A DNA stretch of 64,000 bases from Candidatus Woesearchaeota archaeon. GTDB taxonomy: Archaea > Nanobdellota > Nanobdellia > Woesearchaeales > DSVV01. Shown here in pieces: positions 19,110 through 28,327 of this stretch. A model generated the notes under the pieces. The model was not told where the DNA came from, did not search any database, and saw only the letters and a list, made by a program, of their open reading frames with translations. The DNA lies in contig JACRPI010000036.1 of assembly GCA_016214075.1 (NCBI GenBank), positions 2,376-66,375 on the forward strand. Reading direction: 5' to 3'. The translations under genes and the position numbers were made by a program. How positions within the stretch are numbered: the first letter of the stretch is position 1; each line of letters starts with the position of its first letter.

Positions 19110-19346
19110 AATTCTATTTGAGAAATGCTTCTATATTAACCTTTGCCAGAATTTCCTACACAGTCATGTACCTTTACATCATCACACTTCATGATTCACT
19201 CCGCTGCTTTTGAATCCCCAATCTTTTTTATTTTTTAATGGTAAAGAGAAGAAACGAAATGTGACATAAGAAAGAGAAGAGGCAACTACAGAACGAACGC
19301 CAAGTATTCCTAAATCTTTATATATCCTGAACTTTTCTAAACATCT

Positions 19347-20624
19347 ATGCTCAACATTCAACTAATCCGAAAAAATCCTGAAGTCGTACGGGCAGACCTT
19401 GAAAAAAGAAATGACAAAGAAAGAGCAGTCTTCTTAGAAAAAGTAATTGGATTAGACGCAGCCTACTTAGAAAGTCTTAAACAAACAGAAGCGCTGCGAG
19501 CAAAGAGAAATGAGATTTCAAGAGAAGTAGGAAAGATCAAGAAAGCAGGAGGAGATGCAGCTGCCCTGTTGGCAGAAGCAGCAAAAATCCCGCTCCAAAT
19601 CGAGACAAAAGAAGTAGAACAACAACATATCAAAGACGAAGTAGATTATTATCTTAAACGTTTGCCAAATCTCCTACATGAATCTGTTCCCGTCGGCGCA
19701 GACGACACAAAGAATGTCGTAGTAGGAGAATTTGGAAAAAAACAAACAAGTGCATTCCCGCTGAAAAGCCATGTAGATTTGCTGACAGAAAACAACTGGG
19801 CAGATCTCGAACGAGGAGCGAAAATCGCAGGAGCAAGACAGTACTTCCTCAAAGGAGACCTTGTTCTTTTAGATATGGCAATTCAGCGATATGCAATGGA
19901 TTTTATGGACAAGAAAGGATTTCTCCTTCTCTATCCTCCATTTATGATGCATCGGGATGTCTATGAAGGAGTAACAGACATTGCGGATTTTGAGCATGTG
20001 ATGTATAAAATTCAAGGGGAAGATCTCTATCTTATTGCAACGTCAGAGCATCCGATGATTGGCATGTTCCAGAATGAAATCTTTGAACCAACACAATTAC
20101 CGATGAAGCATGTCGGTATAAGCGCGTGTTTCCGAAAAGAAGCAGGAGCGCATGGAAAAGATCAGAAAGGAATCTTCCGAGTCCATCAGTTTAACAAAAT
20201 TGAGCAAATAGTGATCTGCCAGCCAGAAGAAAGCTGGAAATTGCATGAAGAACTTCTAGAGAATGCAAAAGAGTTTTTCCAATCATTAGGATTCCATTTC
20301 CATATCGTCAACATCTGTACAGGAGATATTGGAACAGTTGCGGCAAAAAAATATGATATTGAAGTATGGTATCCCGTGCAAAATGCATACAGAGAAGTAG
20401 TTTCCGCAAGCAACTGCACGGATTATCAGGCACGACGATTAGGCATGCGCGTGCGAGGAAAAGAAGAAAACTACCCTCCACATACATTAAATTCAACCTG
20501 CGTCGCGACAAGCAGAGCAATAGTTGCGATTCTAGAAAACTTCCAGCAGAAAGACGGCTCAGTAAAGATTCCTGATGTGCTTGTGCCCTATATGAATGGA
20601 AAACGAGTTCTTGAGAAGAAGTAA
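19347..20624 (+). CDS. serS: Seryl-tRNA synthetase
   Basis: 425 aa. N-terminal coiled-coil arm, class II core motifs (FRKE, GxGxGxxR-like region), typical SerRS length. Confidence 0.9.
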   Translation: MLNIQLIRKNPEVVRADLEKRNDKERAVFLEKVIGLDAAYLESLKQTEALRAKRNEISREVGKIKKAGGDAAALLAEAAKIPLQIETKEVEQQHIKDEVDYYLKRLPNLLHESVPVGADDTKNVVVGEFGKKQTSAFPLKSHVDLLTENNWADLERGAKIAGARQYFLKGDLVLLDMAIQRYAMDFMDKKGFLLLYPPFMMHRDVYEGVTDIADFEHVMYKIQGEDLYLIATSEHPMIGMFQNEIFEPTQLPMKHVGISACFRKEAGAHGKDQKGIFRVHQFNKIEQIVICQPEESWKLHEELLENAKEFFQSLGFHFHIVNICTGDIGTVAAKKYDIEVWYPVQNAYREVVSASNCTDYQARRLGMRVRGKEENYPPHTLNSTCVATSRAIVAILENFQQKDGSVKIPDVLVPYMNGKRVLEKK

Positions 20625-20668
20625 AAGCGGGAAAGACTTATATATCTGTATTTCTAGAATAAACTGCA

Positions 20669-21184
20669 ATGGCAAAGAAATCAATAGGAGACATTAATGG
20701 ATGGGTCTTTATCGGCGTTGGTTTTATCGTCATGGCAGTTTCTATATTTTTCTATGACACGCTAAAGATATTTATCGCGCTTGGTGGTCTTATGACGCTC
20801 TATGGTCTTGGTAAATTATCGTATGATAATTTGAAAGCAAAGATATTTCCGAAAGATGAAGAAGAAGGTCCTATTGATTTGAACAAAGCGCAAAATCCGT
20901 ATATACAGCAAAAAGCAGCGCAAAGACCGCAACAAGCAGCACAGCAAATTCAGCACCATCAAACTGCGCATCCAGCACAGCAGCAAAGAGTACAGCATCA
21001 AGGACAAGCGCACCCTCAACATCGGCAAAGTCAACAAATACAATATACGCACCCGCAACGAGCGCAAGTGCAGCACAGAGCAGTGCATCCACAGCATAAT
21101 CAAGGAAGATATTGTCATAGCTGTGGCGCGCCAAAACAACCGCATCATAGGTTCTGCGCGAATTGCGGCGCTAGGATAATGTAG
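20669..21184 (+). CDS. Membrane protein with Gln/His-rich low-complexity region and C-terminal zinc ribbon
   Basis: 171 aa. Two TM helices, QQAAQQIQHHQTAHPAQQQ... repeats, CHSCGAPKQPHHRFCANCGA. Confidence 0.5.
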   Translation: MAKKSIGDINGWVFIGVGFIVMAVSIFFYDTLKIFIALGGLMTLYGLGKLSYDNLKAKIFPKDEEEGPIDLNKAQNPYIQQKAAQRPQQAAQQIQHHQTAHPAQQQRVQHQGQAHPQHRQSQQIQYTHPQRAQVQHRAVHPQHNQGRYCHSCGAPKQPHHRFCANCGARIM

Positions 21185-21198
21185 GGCTTGGATAATAC

Positions 21199-21540
21199 TC
21201 AATCTAACTTTTTATATAAAACATAGTAAAGAGAAGAGATTATTTCAACGACAGCTACGAGAATTGTGATCCACAATATAAGACTCAATTTAGCTGAACC
21301 TAAAAAAATATATAAAAAAGTAGGAATCAATGAGGAGAGTGGGCTAAAAACAAACTTCATCTCTAAACGATTTTTACTTTTAATTGCTTTAACAAATGCA
21401 TTGCCTGAAGCTAGTCCCCAAGAGATCATAAGAAATATTAAAAGATAAAATAATAGTTTCAATGGTAAGAACAACAAAATAAGTGAGCTTAGCAGGGTTA
21501 TTGACCATATAATGATGTTGCTTTGTAAATACTTTTTCAT
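21199..21540 (-). CDS. Hypothetical integral membrane protein
   Basis: 113 aa, three hydrophobic segments. Confidence 0.4.
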   Translation of the reverse strand: MKKYLQSNIIIWSITLLSSLILLFLPLKLLFYLLIFLMISWGLASGNAFVKAIKSKNRLEMKFVFSPLSSLIPTFLYIFLGSAKLSLILWITILVAVVEIISSLYYVLYKKLD

Positions 21541-21657
21541 ATAATTAAGTATACATGATACCTTTATTTAGTTTACTCTGAGTTATTATGTATTGAGTAG
21601 AGTCCAGGTAAAAACATAAAGAAAACGCATATAAAGCACAAAAATCTTCTTTTTTCC

Positions 21658-22725
21658 ATGGGTTTATTTGATACAATGCTAAAATCAGGAGAGAGTATTT
21701 TCCTTAACGAGCTTGCGTTAGACTTTTCATTTCAACCAAAACTTCTCCTCCATCGAGAGAATGAGCAATTTACCATCGCAAACTCAATCAGACCATTATT
21801 CAGCGAGCGAACAGGAAAGAACATCATGCTCCATGGCAAGCCAGGAATTGGAAAAACACTCGCAGTGCTCCATGTCTTCAGAGAACTTGAAGAGCAGCAT
21901 GAAGAAATTCTTCCCGTCTATGTCAACTGCTGGCAAAATAACAGCACCTACAAAATCGCGATCGCCCTCTGCGAAGCAGTGAACTACAAGTTCTATCAAA
22001 ATAAAAAAACGCATGAAATTTTCAAAGATCTCGAAAACACCTTTAACAAAAACTGTGTCGCGTTTTGTTTTGATGAAGTGGATAAACTAGAAGACTTTGA
22101 TTTTCTTTACACGCTTTTAGAAAATGTGTTCAAAAAAACAGTAATTCTCATCTCCAATTACAAAGAATGGTTTACAGGATTGGACGAACGGATTCGTTCA
22201 AGACTCAGACCAGAATTGGTAGAGTTCAAAGAATATAATGCGCAAGAAATAAAAGACATTCTCGAACAGCGAAAAGGATTTGCGTTCAAACCAGGAGTTC
22301 TGCAAGAGGACGCATTTGAAGTCATTTTACAACACACCATTCAGCAAAAAGATATTCGTGCGGGTTTGCACTTGATGCGCCAGAGCGCAGAAGCTGCAGA
22401 AGAAGTAAGTTCGCGAATCATTACTGCAACTCATGTCACCAATGTACTGGACAAAGGCGCAGAAGGATATAATAAAGAACCGCTGGAATTAGATGAAGAC
22501 TGCAGAGCAGTGCTTGAACTCATCAAAGCAAACAGCGGTATGAAAATTGGCGATCTCTTCAAGAAATACGAAGATACAGGAGGAACGCAATCCTACAAAA
22601 CATTTGTGCGAAAAGTGCAAACACTTGGGTTTGGAGGGTTTGTTTCCTTAAAGAGAGTTGTTGGTGCAGGCGGAAATAGTACATTAGTCTATCATCAGAA
22701 TATCAAAAGGTTGGATGAATTCTAA
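21658..22725 (+). CDS. cdc6: Orc1/Cdc6 replication initiator (AAA+ with C-terminal winged helix)
   Basis: 355 aa. Walker A LHGKPGIGKT, Walker B FCFDEVD, C-terminal wH region. Confidence 0.8.
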   Translation: MGLFDTMLKSGESIFLNELALDFSFQPKLLLHRENEQFTIANSIRPLFSERTGKNIMLHGKPGIGKTLAVLHVFRELEEQHEEILPVYVNCWQNNSTYKIAIALCEAVNYKFYQNKKTHEIFKDLENTFNKNCVAFCFDEVDKLEDFDFLYTLLENVFKKTVILISNYKEWFTGLDERIRSRLRPELVEFKEYNAQEIKDILEQRKGFAFKPGVLQEDAFEVILQHTIQQKDIRAGLHLMRQSAEAAEEVSSRIITATHVTNVLDKGAEGYNKEPLELDEDCRAVLELIKANSGMKIGDLFKKYEDTGGTQSYKTFVRKVQTLGFGGFVSLKRVVGAGGNSTLVYHQNIKRLDEF

Positions 22726-22728
22726 AGG

Positions 22729-23553
22729 CTACTGCCTTGGTTTATCTAATCTTTTCACAGTTCTTTCTGTTAAAAGAATCATTTGTTCTATCGCGATTGT
22801 GTTTAATTTTTCCAGGCGTTTTGCTTTTTCTAGTCCTTCTTTGATGAATAATGCGTTCAAGTTTTCCAAGTTAGACAAGCAAACGAGTTGAGAGACGTCA
22901 GCGTAATCTCGAATATTCCCATCAAGAGCAGGATTTTTCTCTCTCCATTCTTTGGCTGTAAAACCAAAAAGTGCGAGATTAAGTATATCAGCTTCTGTCG
23001 CGTAAATAAGGTTTTCTTCGCTTCGAGAGATTGTTTCTGGGACAAGATGTTTCTGAATAGCATCGGTGTGGATTCGATAGTTTATTTTTGCAAGATTCCG
23101 TTTAATGTCCCAGCCTAATTGTTTTCTTTCGTTCTCTTCTTCTTTGAGACGTTGAAATTCTTTAATAAGATAAAGCTTGAATTCAACAGAAATCCATGAT
23201 GCAAACTCAAAGGCAATATCTTTATGCGCATACGTGCCACCATATCTTCCGGATTTAGAGAGTATTCCTGTTGCTTTTGTTTTGTCTATCCATTGTTTTG
23301 CAGTAAGGATAAAGCTATTGAGTCCTGCTTGCTTTCTAAACCCATCGAATTCGATGGGATTAAAACAAGGATTGTTTATGGATTCCCAAAGACCAAGAAA
23401 CTCAATAGTATTTCTATTTCTAAGCCAATTTTGTATAATATAATCAGTTCTATCAGCATCTTTGTATCTTGCAATATCTGTAATGGAGATATAATCTTCT
23501 TTTTGTAAAGAAAGAGTGATATCCTTACCCAACACATGTATTTTTTTATCCAT
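22729..23553 (-). CDS. KilA-N domain protein with C-terminal coiled coil
   Basis: 274 aa. ISITDIARYK...DYIIQNWLRNRNTIEFLGLWE...GGTYAHKDIAFEFASWIS matches the KilA-N/APSES DNA-binding domain seen in phage and integrative elements. BRE/TATA (GGTATATAAG) 33 nt upstream. Confidence 0.7.
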   Translation of the reverse strand: MDKKIHVLGKDITLSLQKEDYISITDIARYKDADRTDYIIQNWLRNRNTIEFLGLWESINNPCFNPIEFDGFRKQAGLNSFILTAKQWIDKTKATGILSKSGRYGGTYAHKDIAFEFASWISVEFKLYLIKEFQRLKEEENERKQLGWDIKRNLAKINYRIHTDAIQKHLVPETISRSEENLIYATEADILNLALFGFTAKEWREKNPALDGNIRDYADVSQLVCLSNLENLNALFIKEGLEKAKRLEKLNTIAIEQMILLTERTVKRLDKPRQ

Positions 23554-23576
23554 AATGAATCCAAGAATGATGTAAA

Positions 23577-23650
23577 CTTATATACCTCACAGCAGCGTGT
23601 CCAGTGTGGGCTGTGGAACAACTTTACTGAGAATAAGAGCACACGACAAA
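23577..23650 (-). promoter_or_regulatory. Duplicated BRE/TATA promoter module, copy B (shared with 8746..8818)
   Basis: Minus strand GACACGCTGCTGTGAGGTATATAAG lies 33 nt upstream of the KilA-N ATG. Same 28-mer as copy A plus a partly conserved upstream block. Confidence 0.55.
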
Positions 23651-23677
23651 GAAAAATGTCCTGTGCTAAAGATGAAA

Positions 23678-24667
23678 TTAAGAAGAAGCAAATACTTCCG
23701 GAAGATACGTGAATTTATACTCTTGTGTATATTGCATAAATTGATAATCTCGAATAATATCACTAAATTTGAGTCTCAACTCTTGAATATGGGCATAAAA
23801 TTCATCATTGCTTTTCACTTGAAATTCTGTCTCAAGATCAGCACCACCGACAAGTTCTGTTGTATGGACAGTGTTTGGGTGCTGATGGATGTAAGAGAAG
23901 ATTCTTCTCTTTTTTTCTGGCGTTATATTTTGTAAGGTGAGATGAAGCTTAAAATAGAGATATCCTAACTTATGAATGTTCAAAAATGGTTTAAAGCCAA
24001 TAATTATTCCTTTTTCTATAAGTTTCTTTATCCTATAGCGTACGACAATTTCTGTAGTTCCTATTTTTCTGGCTATGTCTATAGACTTCATTCGGGCATC
24101 TTTAAGAATAGTTTTGAGAATTTTATAATCCATTTCATCAATGATTTTAAATCCATATGTTTTATGTTCATCAAATCCCATGAGTAATGGCTTGATGGTG
24201 CCGCTTTTTTTCTGAAGGAGGAATTCTTTGTGATATATCCACATTCTTGTAACAATGGAAACATCATATTTTTCAATATAAAAACTAAATTTAAGAAGAA
24301 AAGCATCGATAAAATCCCTATACTCATAGACATTTTTGACAAAAATACCTGTGTTAATATCCCAAATTCCTTCAACTTTCGTTATCCAGCTTACTTTTTC
24401 TTTCAAGTATGCTATAATCTCCTCTTCTTTTGCCACAGATATATTTCGGAGCTTGAAGAATGTTCGATACCAGTCATAACCTAATTTCATTGAATTCAAA
24501 AGAGTCATAAAATAGTGAATATGACCTTCAGTGCACATCCTGTTTATTCGATAGCGGACAGAATCTCTACTCAAACCAACATGTTTCGCTATTTCTGCAT
24601 CAGATTGCCGTGCATTTTTTTCCAACTCGTAAAGTATTTTCCTATCTTTGAGATTAAGATCTGTCAT
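23678..24667 (-). CDS. Fused tandem Lrp/AsnC-type transcriptional regulator (two HTH + RAM units)
   Basis: 329 aa. Two repeats of the Lrp HTH pattern (LDRKILYELEKNARQSDAEIAKHVGLSRDSVRYRI and DYKILKTILKDARMKSIDIARKIGTTEIVVRYRIKKL). Confidence 0.65.
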   Translation of the reverse strand: MTDLNLKDRKILYELEKNARQSDAEIAKHVGLSRDSVRYRINRMCTEGHIHYFMTLLNSMKLGYDWYRTFFKLRNISVAKEEEIIAYLKEKVSWITKVEGIWDINTGIFVKNVYEYRDFIDAFLLKFSFYIEKYDVSIVTRMWIYHKEFLLQKKSGTIKPLLMGFDEHKTYGFKIIDEMDYKILKTILKDARMKSIDIARKIGTTEIVVRYRIKKLIEKGIIIGFKPFLNIHKLGYLYFKLHLTLQNITPEKKRRIFSYIHQHPNTVHTTELVGGADLETEFQVKSNDEFYAHIQELRLKFSDIIRDYQFMQYTQEYKFTYLPEVFASS

Positions 24668-24762
24668 TTTCTCATAGAAATGATATTTTTCTATATATAT
24701 TTATCGTTTTTGTGGATTTTTGAGAAGAAGATTTTATATTTATTATAATCATACTTATCACT

Positions 24763-25560
24763 ATGGTGCTTCAAACAGAAACATATACTCCTAAAAGAAT
24801 AGTTCATTTAAACGCGGAGTTAACGAGAGCATGTAATCTTCGATGTAATTATTGTTTTAATGAATCAGGAACACGAATGTCTGGGGAGTTAGATCAATCC
24901 AAATGGCAACGTGTTATTGATATGAGTAAAATGTATGGTGCAGAAAGTGTTCTTTTTACTGGTGGCGAAGTTACTGCACGAAAAGACGCACCAGATATTG
25001 TTCGTTATGCACTTGCATCTGGATTAAGAACAAGTATTCTCACGAATGGGTTTCACCTACGAGATCACGTATACAAAGGACTTATTCCTTCTTTAGAACG
25101 AGTTCAGATTAGTCTTGACAGTGCAACTCCTTCTTTTCATAATCAAAAGCGTGGTGTTGGTTCTTGGAATATGGCAAGAGAAGCAATTGATTATGTTTGC
25201 GAATTGGATGTTGCTGTTGAAATCAGTGCAACTGTATCAGAAGATTCTCTTGATGAACTTTCTGGCATTGCAGACATTGCATATCAAACAAATTCCAAAG
25301 TATTGATACGACCAATCCAATGGATAGGAAGAGCAAACGCAAGAGAAAGAAATGATGTACAAGAAGCAATTGAACAGAGAAAAAAGGAGCTCGAAGAAAG
25401 AGTTGGAAATATATTCGTAGAGGACTTCGCAAAATATGTTCCAGTCCTTGGATCTAATCACGATATTATTATAAGAGAACAAGGATACATCACTATTCTT
25501 CCTGATGGAAAAATAAGAGGAGTAAGAGAAAAAAATTTTGAATTAGAAAGAGCTGCTTAA
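24763..25560 (+). CDS. Radical SAM protein (small, no SPASM/twitch extension; activase/QueE/MoaA-like core)
   Basis: 265 aa. CNLRCNYCFN (CxxxCxxC) and the GGE SAM-binding motif (LFTGGEV). Divergent from the Lrp-like regulator. 14-nt gap to the SDR gene. Confidence 0.7.
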   Translation: MVLQTETYTPKRIVHLNAELTRACNLRCNYCFNESGTRMSGELDQSKWQRVIDMSKMYGAESVLFTGGEVTARKDAPDIVRYALASGLRTSILTNGFHLRDHVYKGLIPSLERVQISLDSATPSFHNQKRGVGSWNMAREAIDYVCELDVAVEISATVSEDSLDELSGIADIAYQTNSKVLIRPIQWIGRANARERNDVQEAIEQRKKELEERVGNIFVEDFAKYVPVLGSNHDIIIREQGYITILPDGKIRGVREKNFELERAA

Positions 25561-25574
25561 TTTTCTTCTTTATC

Positions 25575-26294
25575 ATGGAAATAAAAGGTAAAGTTGCATT
25601 CGTTACTGGTTCGACAAGAGGAATTGGTAGAACTGTTGGAGAAAAACTATGTAGCCTTGGCGCTCTTGTCTATTTTAATTCTCATAATTCCAAAGATGAA
25701 GGAATTAAGCTCCAAACAGAACTTGAGCAACATGGATTAAAGGCATTATATCTTCATGGCGATGTTTCTTCAGAAGAAGAAGTTAGAAAAATATTTAAGA
25801 TTATTAAAAAACAACAAGGGAGATTAGATATTCTCATAAACAATGCAGGGATTTATCTTCCAGATAAGTCAGATTATGAAAGTTATTCTGCAATTCACAA
25901 AGTCAATGGGTACGGCTATTTTTTATGCACTTCTTTAGCTTCAGAAATGATGGAAAGTGGAAAGATCATAAATATTTCTTCCATTTATGAACTTGATGCA
26001 GATTCAAATTCAATTTTAGCAAGTGGAGTCAAAGCAGAGGTTGGAGCATATACGAGAGCATTCGCAAAAAAGCTAAAAGGAAAAATTGAAGTGAATGCTG
26101 TAGCACCAGGATACACAGAAACGCCATTATTAAGAAATAGCCTATCTCAAACCTTTATTGATACCATCATCACTAATACACCAATGGGAAGACTTGTTAG
26201 ACCTGTAGAAATCGCAGATGCGGTTATCTTTTTAATAAGAAATGATGGAATTACAGGACAAACGATCGTAGTAGACGGCGGGTACACAGTATAG
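25575..26294 (+). CDS. Short-chain dehydrogenase/reductase (FabG-like)
   Basis: 239 aa. TGSTRGIGR cofactor motif, NNAG, catalytic YxxxK region. Confidence 0.8.
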   Translation: MEIKGKVAFVTGSTRGIGRTVGEKLCSLGALVYFNSHNSKDEGIKLQTELEQHGLKALYLHGDVSSEEEVRKIFKIIKKQQGRLDILINNAGIYLPDKSDYESYSAIHKVNGYGYFLCTSLASEMMESGKIINISSIYELDADSNSILASGVKAEVGAYTRAFAKKLKGKIEVNAVAPGYTETPLLRNSLSQTFIDTIITNTPMGRLVRPVEIADAVIFLIRNDGITGQTIVVDGGYTV

Positions 26295-26314
26295 AAAACC
26301 CCTATTTTAATTTC

Positions 26315-26926
26315 TTACTTCTTAATCCTCTTCATCCTAAACACATTCTCTCGATCCATTTCATCAAGGCGCATTTGAATGAACTTTCGCTGCACATCAA
26401 GTCGTGGAATAATTTCAAACTCTAAAGCGTTAACACGACGTTTGGTTTTTTCGATTTCAGTCAACAACTTCTTAATCCCTGTTTCAACTTCAGCGGCTTC
26501 AATGATTTTGCGAACAACTTTTTCAAAAGAGACAGAAGCCTCATCAATAACAGCAGAGCTTGCGATAGTTCCATACCCTCTATCAGCGCCTTTTTCCTTG
26601 TGCGAAGTAGTTATTTTCGGAACAACAACACCCATAATGTTGCGAGAATGCATAGTGATTGAAGGTGCGTCACGAACAGCAAGCGCGAGAGAACTCACTT
26701 GAACATCGCCCTCAATGGTTCGCGCAATATTCACCGTGTAAAGCGCTTTCTTATACTCTTCTGTCAATTCCTGTCGAACAGTTTTCGCGCGCTTCAAGAT
26801 TTCAAAAAACTCTAAAATAAGACCATCTCTTTTTTTCTTCAAAAGATTGTAACCAGATTTCGCGAGTTTAATGCGATTCTTAAGCTTCATCAGCTCGCTT
26901 CGGGTTGGTTTAATGTTCTCTGCCAT
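26315..26926 (-). CDS. atpD: A-type ATP synthase subunit D
   Basis: 203 aa. Start MAENIKPTRSELMKLKNRIKLAKSGYNLLKKKRDGL is typical of V/A-ATPase D. Last gene of the operon. Confidence 0.88.
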   Translation of the reverse strand: MAENIKPTRSELMKLKNRIKLAKSGYNLLKKKRDGLILEFFEILKRAKTVRQELTEEYKKALYTVNIARTIEGDVQVSSLALAVRDAPSITMHSRNIMGVVVPKITTSHKEKGADRGYGTIASSAVIDEASVSFEKVVRKIIEAAEVETGIKKLLTEIEKTKRRVNALEFEIIPRLDVQRKFIQMRLDEMDRENVFRMKRIKK

Positions 26927-26940
26927 ACTTTCACATCAAT

Positions 26941-28314
26941 TTATTCTTTTTTTGCTTTGTAAAACTTTTCTTTGAGCTTTCCGCTAAGTCGTGTTAACTC
27001 ATTCGAAGGAATAGCGCCAAAGAGGTGCCACCCTAAGTCAAGTGTCTCTGAAATACTTCGATCTTCATCACGGCGTTGTCGGACAAATTGATCTTCAAAC
27101 GCTGCTGCGAATTTCAACAAACGAAGATCACGCTGGCTTAATGCTTCTTCACCAACAATTGCGACAAGTCCGCGAAGGTCTCGTCCTTCTGCGTAACATG
27201 CGTACAACTGATCAGAAACTCCTTTATGATCATCGCGAGTCTTTCCTTCTCCTACTCCAAGGTTCATCAATCGAGATAAACTCGGGAGAACGTCCACTGG
27301 AGGATACACCCCTTTTCGATGGAGTTCTCGAGAAAGAACAATCTGTCCTTCTGTAATGTATCCTGTCAAATCTGGAATTGGATGTGTAATGTCATCTCCA
27401 ACCATAGTCAAGATAGGAATCTGCGTGACAGATCCTTTTTTCCCTTTGATCATGCCTGCGCGTTCGTAAATCGTTGCAAGGTCTGTGTACATGTATCCTG
27501 GATATCCTCGTCGTCCTGGAACTTCTTCACGAGCAGCGCCGATTTCTCGCAAGCTCTCGCAGTAGTTCGTCATGTCTGTTAAGATAACAAGAACGTGCAT
27601 GTCTTTTTCAAAGGCGAGATATTCTGCAGTCGTCAATGCCATTCGTGGAGTAACAAGTCGTTCAACAGCGGGATCGTCTGCAAGATTCAAAAACACAACG
27701 CTTCTATCGAGAGCGCCAGTTTCTTCAAATCCTTTCATGAAGTATTGTGCTTCTTCATTGGTGATACCCATTGCTGCAAACACAACAACGAAGTTTTCTT
27801 TTTGTCCGACAACCTTTGCCTGACGTGCGATTTGCAATGCGATTTCGCTATGGGGCAATCCACTTCCTGAAAAGATAGGAAGTTTTTGTCCACGAACAAG
27901 CGTGTTTGTTGCGTCAATAGTGCTAACTCCTGTTTGAATAAAGTCGCTTGGCTGTTCTCTGCTATACGGATTGATTGCAGCGCCAATAATGTCCAGCTTT
28001 TTTTCTGGAATAATGCCAGGACCACCATCAATTGGTTTTCCTGCGCCGTTAAGAATGCGACCAAGCATTTCCTCTGAAACATTAACTTTCAGCGATTGTC
28101 CTAAAAATGTCACGCTAGATTGTTTGTCAATGCCAGATGTTCCTTCAAACACCTGAACAACAACAAGGTCATTGCTCGTGTCAAGGACTTGACCATTTTT
28201 TAATGAGCCATCAGAGAGGCGTAAGGTGACAATCTCTCCATATCCAACAGGTTCTGTTTTTTCAACAAAAACAAGTGGTCCCGCAATTCTATTAATTGTT
28301 TTATACTCTTTCAT
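26941..28314 (-). CDS. atpB: A-type ATP synthase subunit B
   Basis: Start trimmed to [17 protein letters not shown] (the track ORF begins 22 codons earlier). Non-catalytic B subunit core conserved. Confidence 0.88.
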   Translation of the reverse strand: MKEYKTINRIAGPLVFVEKTEPVGYGEIVTLRLSDGSLKNGQVLDTSNDLVVVQVFEGTSGIDKQSSVTFLGQSLKVNVSEEMLGRILNGAGKPIDGGPGIIPEKKLDIIGAAINPYSREQPSDFIQTGVSTIDATNTLVRGQKLPIFSGSGLPHSEIALQIARQAKVVGQKENFVVVFAAMGITNEEAQYFMKGFEETGALDRSVVFLNLADDPAVERLVTPRMALTTAEYLAFEKDMHVLVILTDMTNYCESLREIGAAREEVPGRRGYPGYMYTDLATIYERAGMIKGKKGSVTQIPILTMVGDDITHPIPDLTGYITEGQIVLSRELHRKGVYPPVDVLPSLSRLMNLGVGEGKTRDDHKGVSDQLYACYAEGRDLRGLVAIVGEEALSQRDLRLLKFAAAFEDQFVRQRRDEDRSISETLDLGWHLFGAIPSNELTRLSGKLKEKFYKAKKE

Positions 28315-28327
28315 GATTTTCACCTGT

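Noticed and set aside
20816-21202. Minus-strand ORFs antisense to the Q/H-rich gene (20816..21202, 20871..21134)
   Set aside because: These reflect the reverse reading of a repetitive CAG/CAA-rich sequence. No independent support.
21541-21657. Replication origin (ORB repeats) expected upstream of orc1/cdc6
   Set aside because: The 117-nt AT-rich spacer shows no repeated ORB-like elements or inverted-repeat pairs by eye. It cannot be called an origin from this window.
8746-23650. About 14.8-kb segment flanked by direct repeats (8746 and 23577) with KilA-N and Orc1/Cdc6 inside, considered as an integrated mobile element
   Set aside because: The interval contains serS, tsaC, taw1 and other housekeeping genes. 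The repeat resolves into a BRE/TATA promoter correctly positioned upstream of minus-strand genes at both sites, and no integrase or tRNA-att is present. A duplicated promoter module is the simpler explanation.
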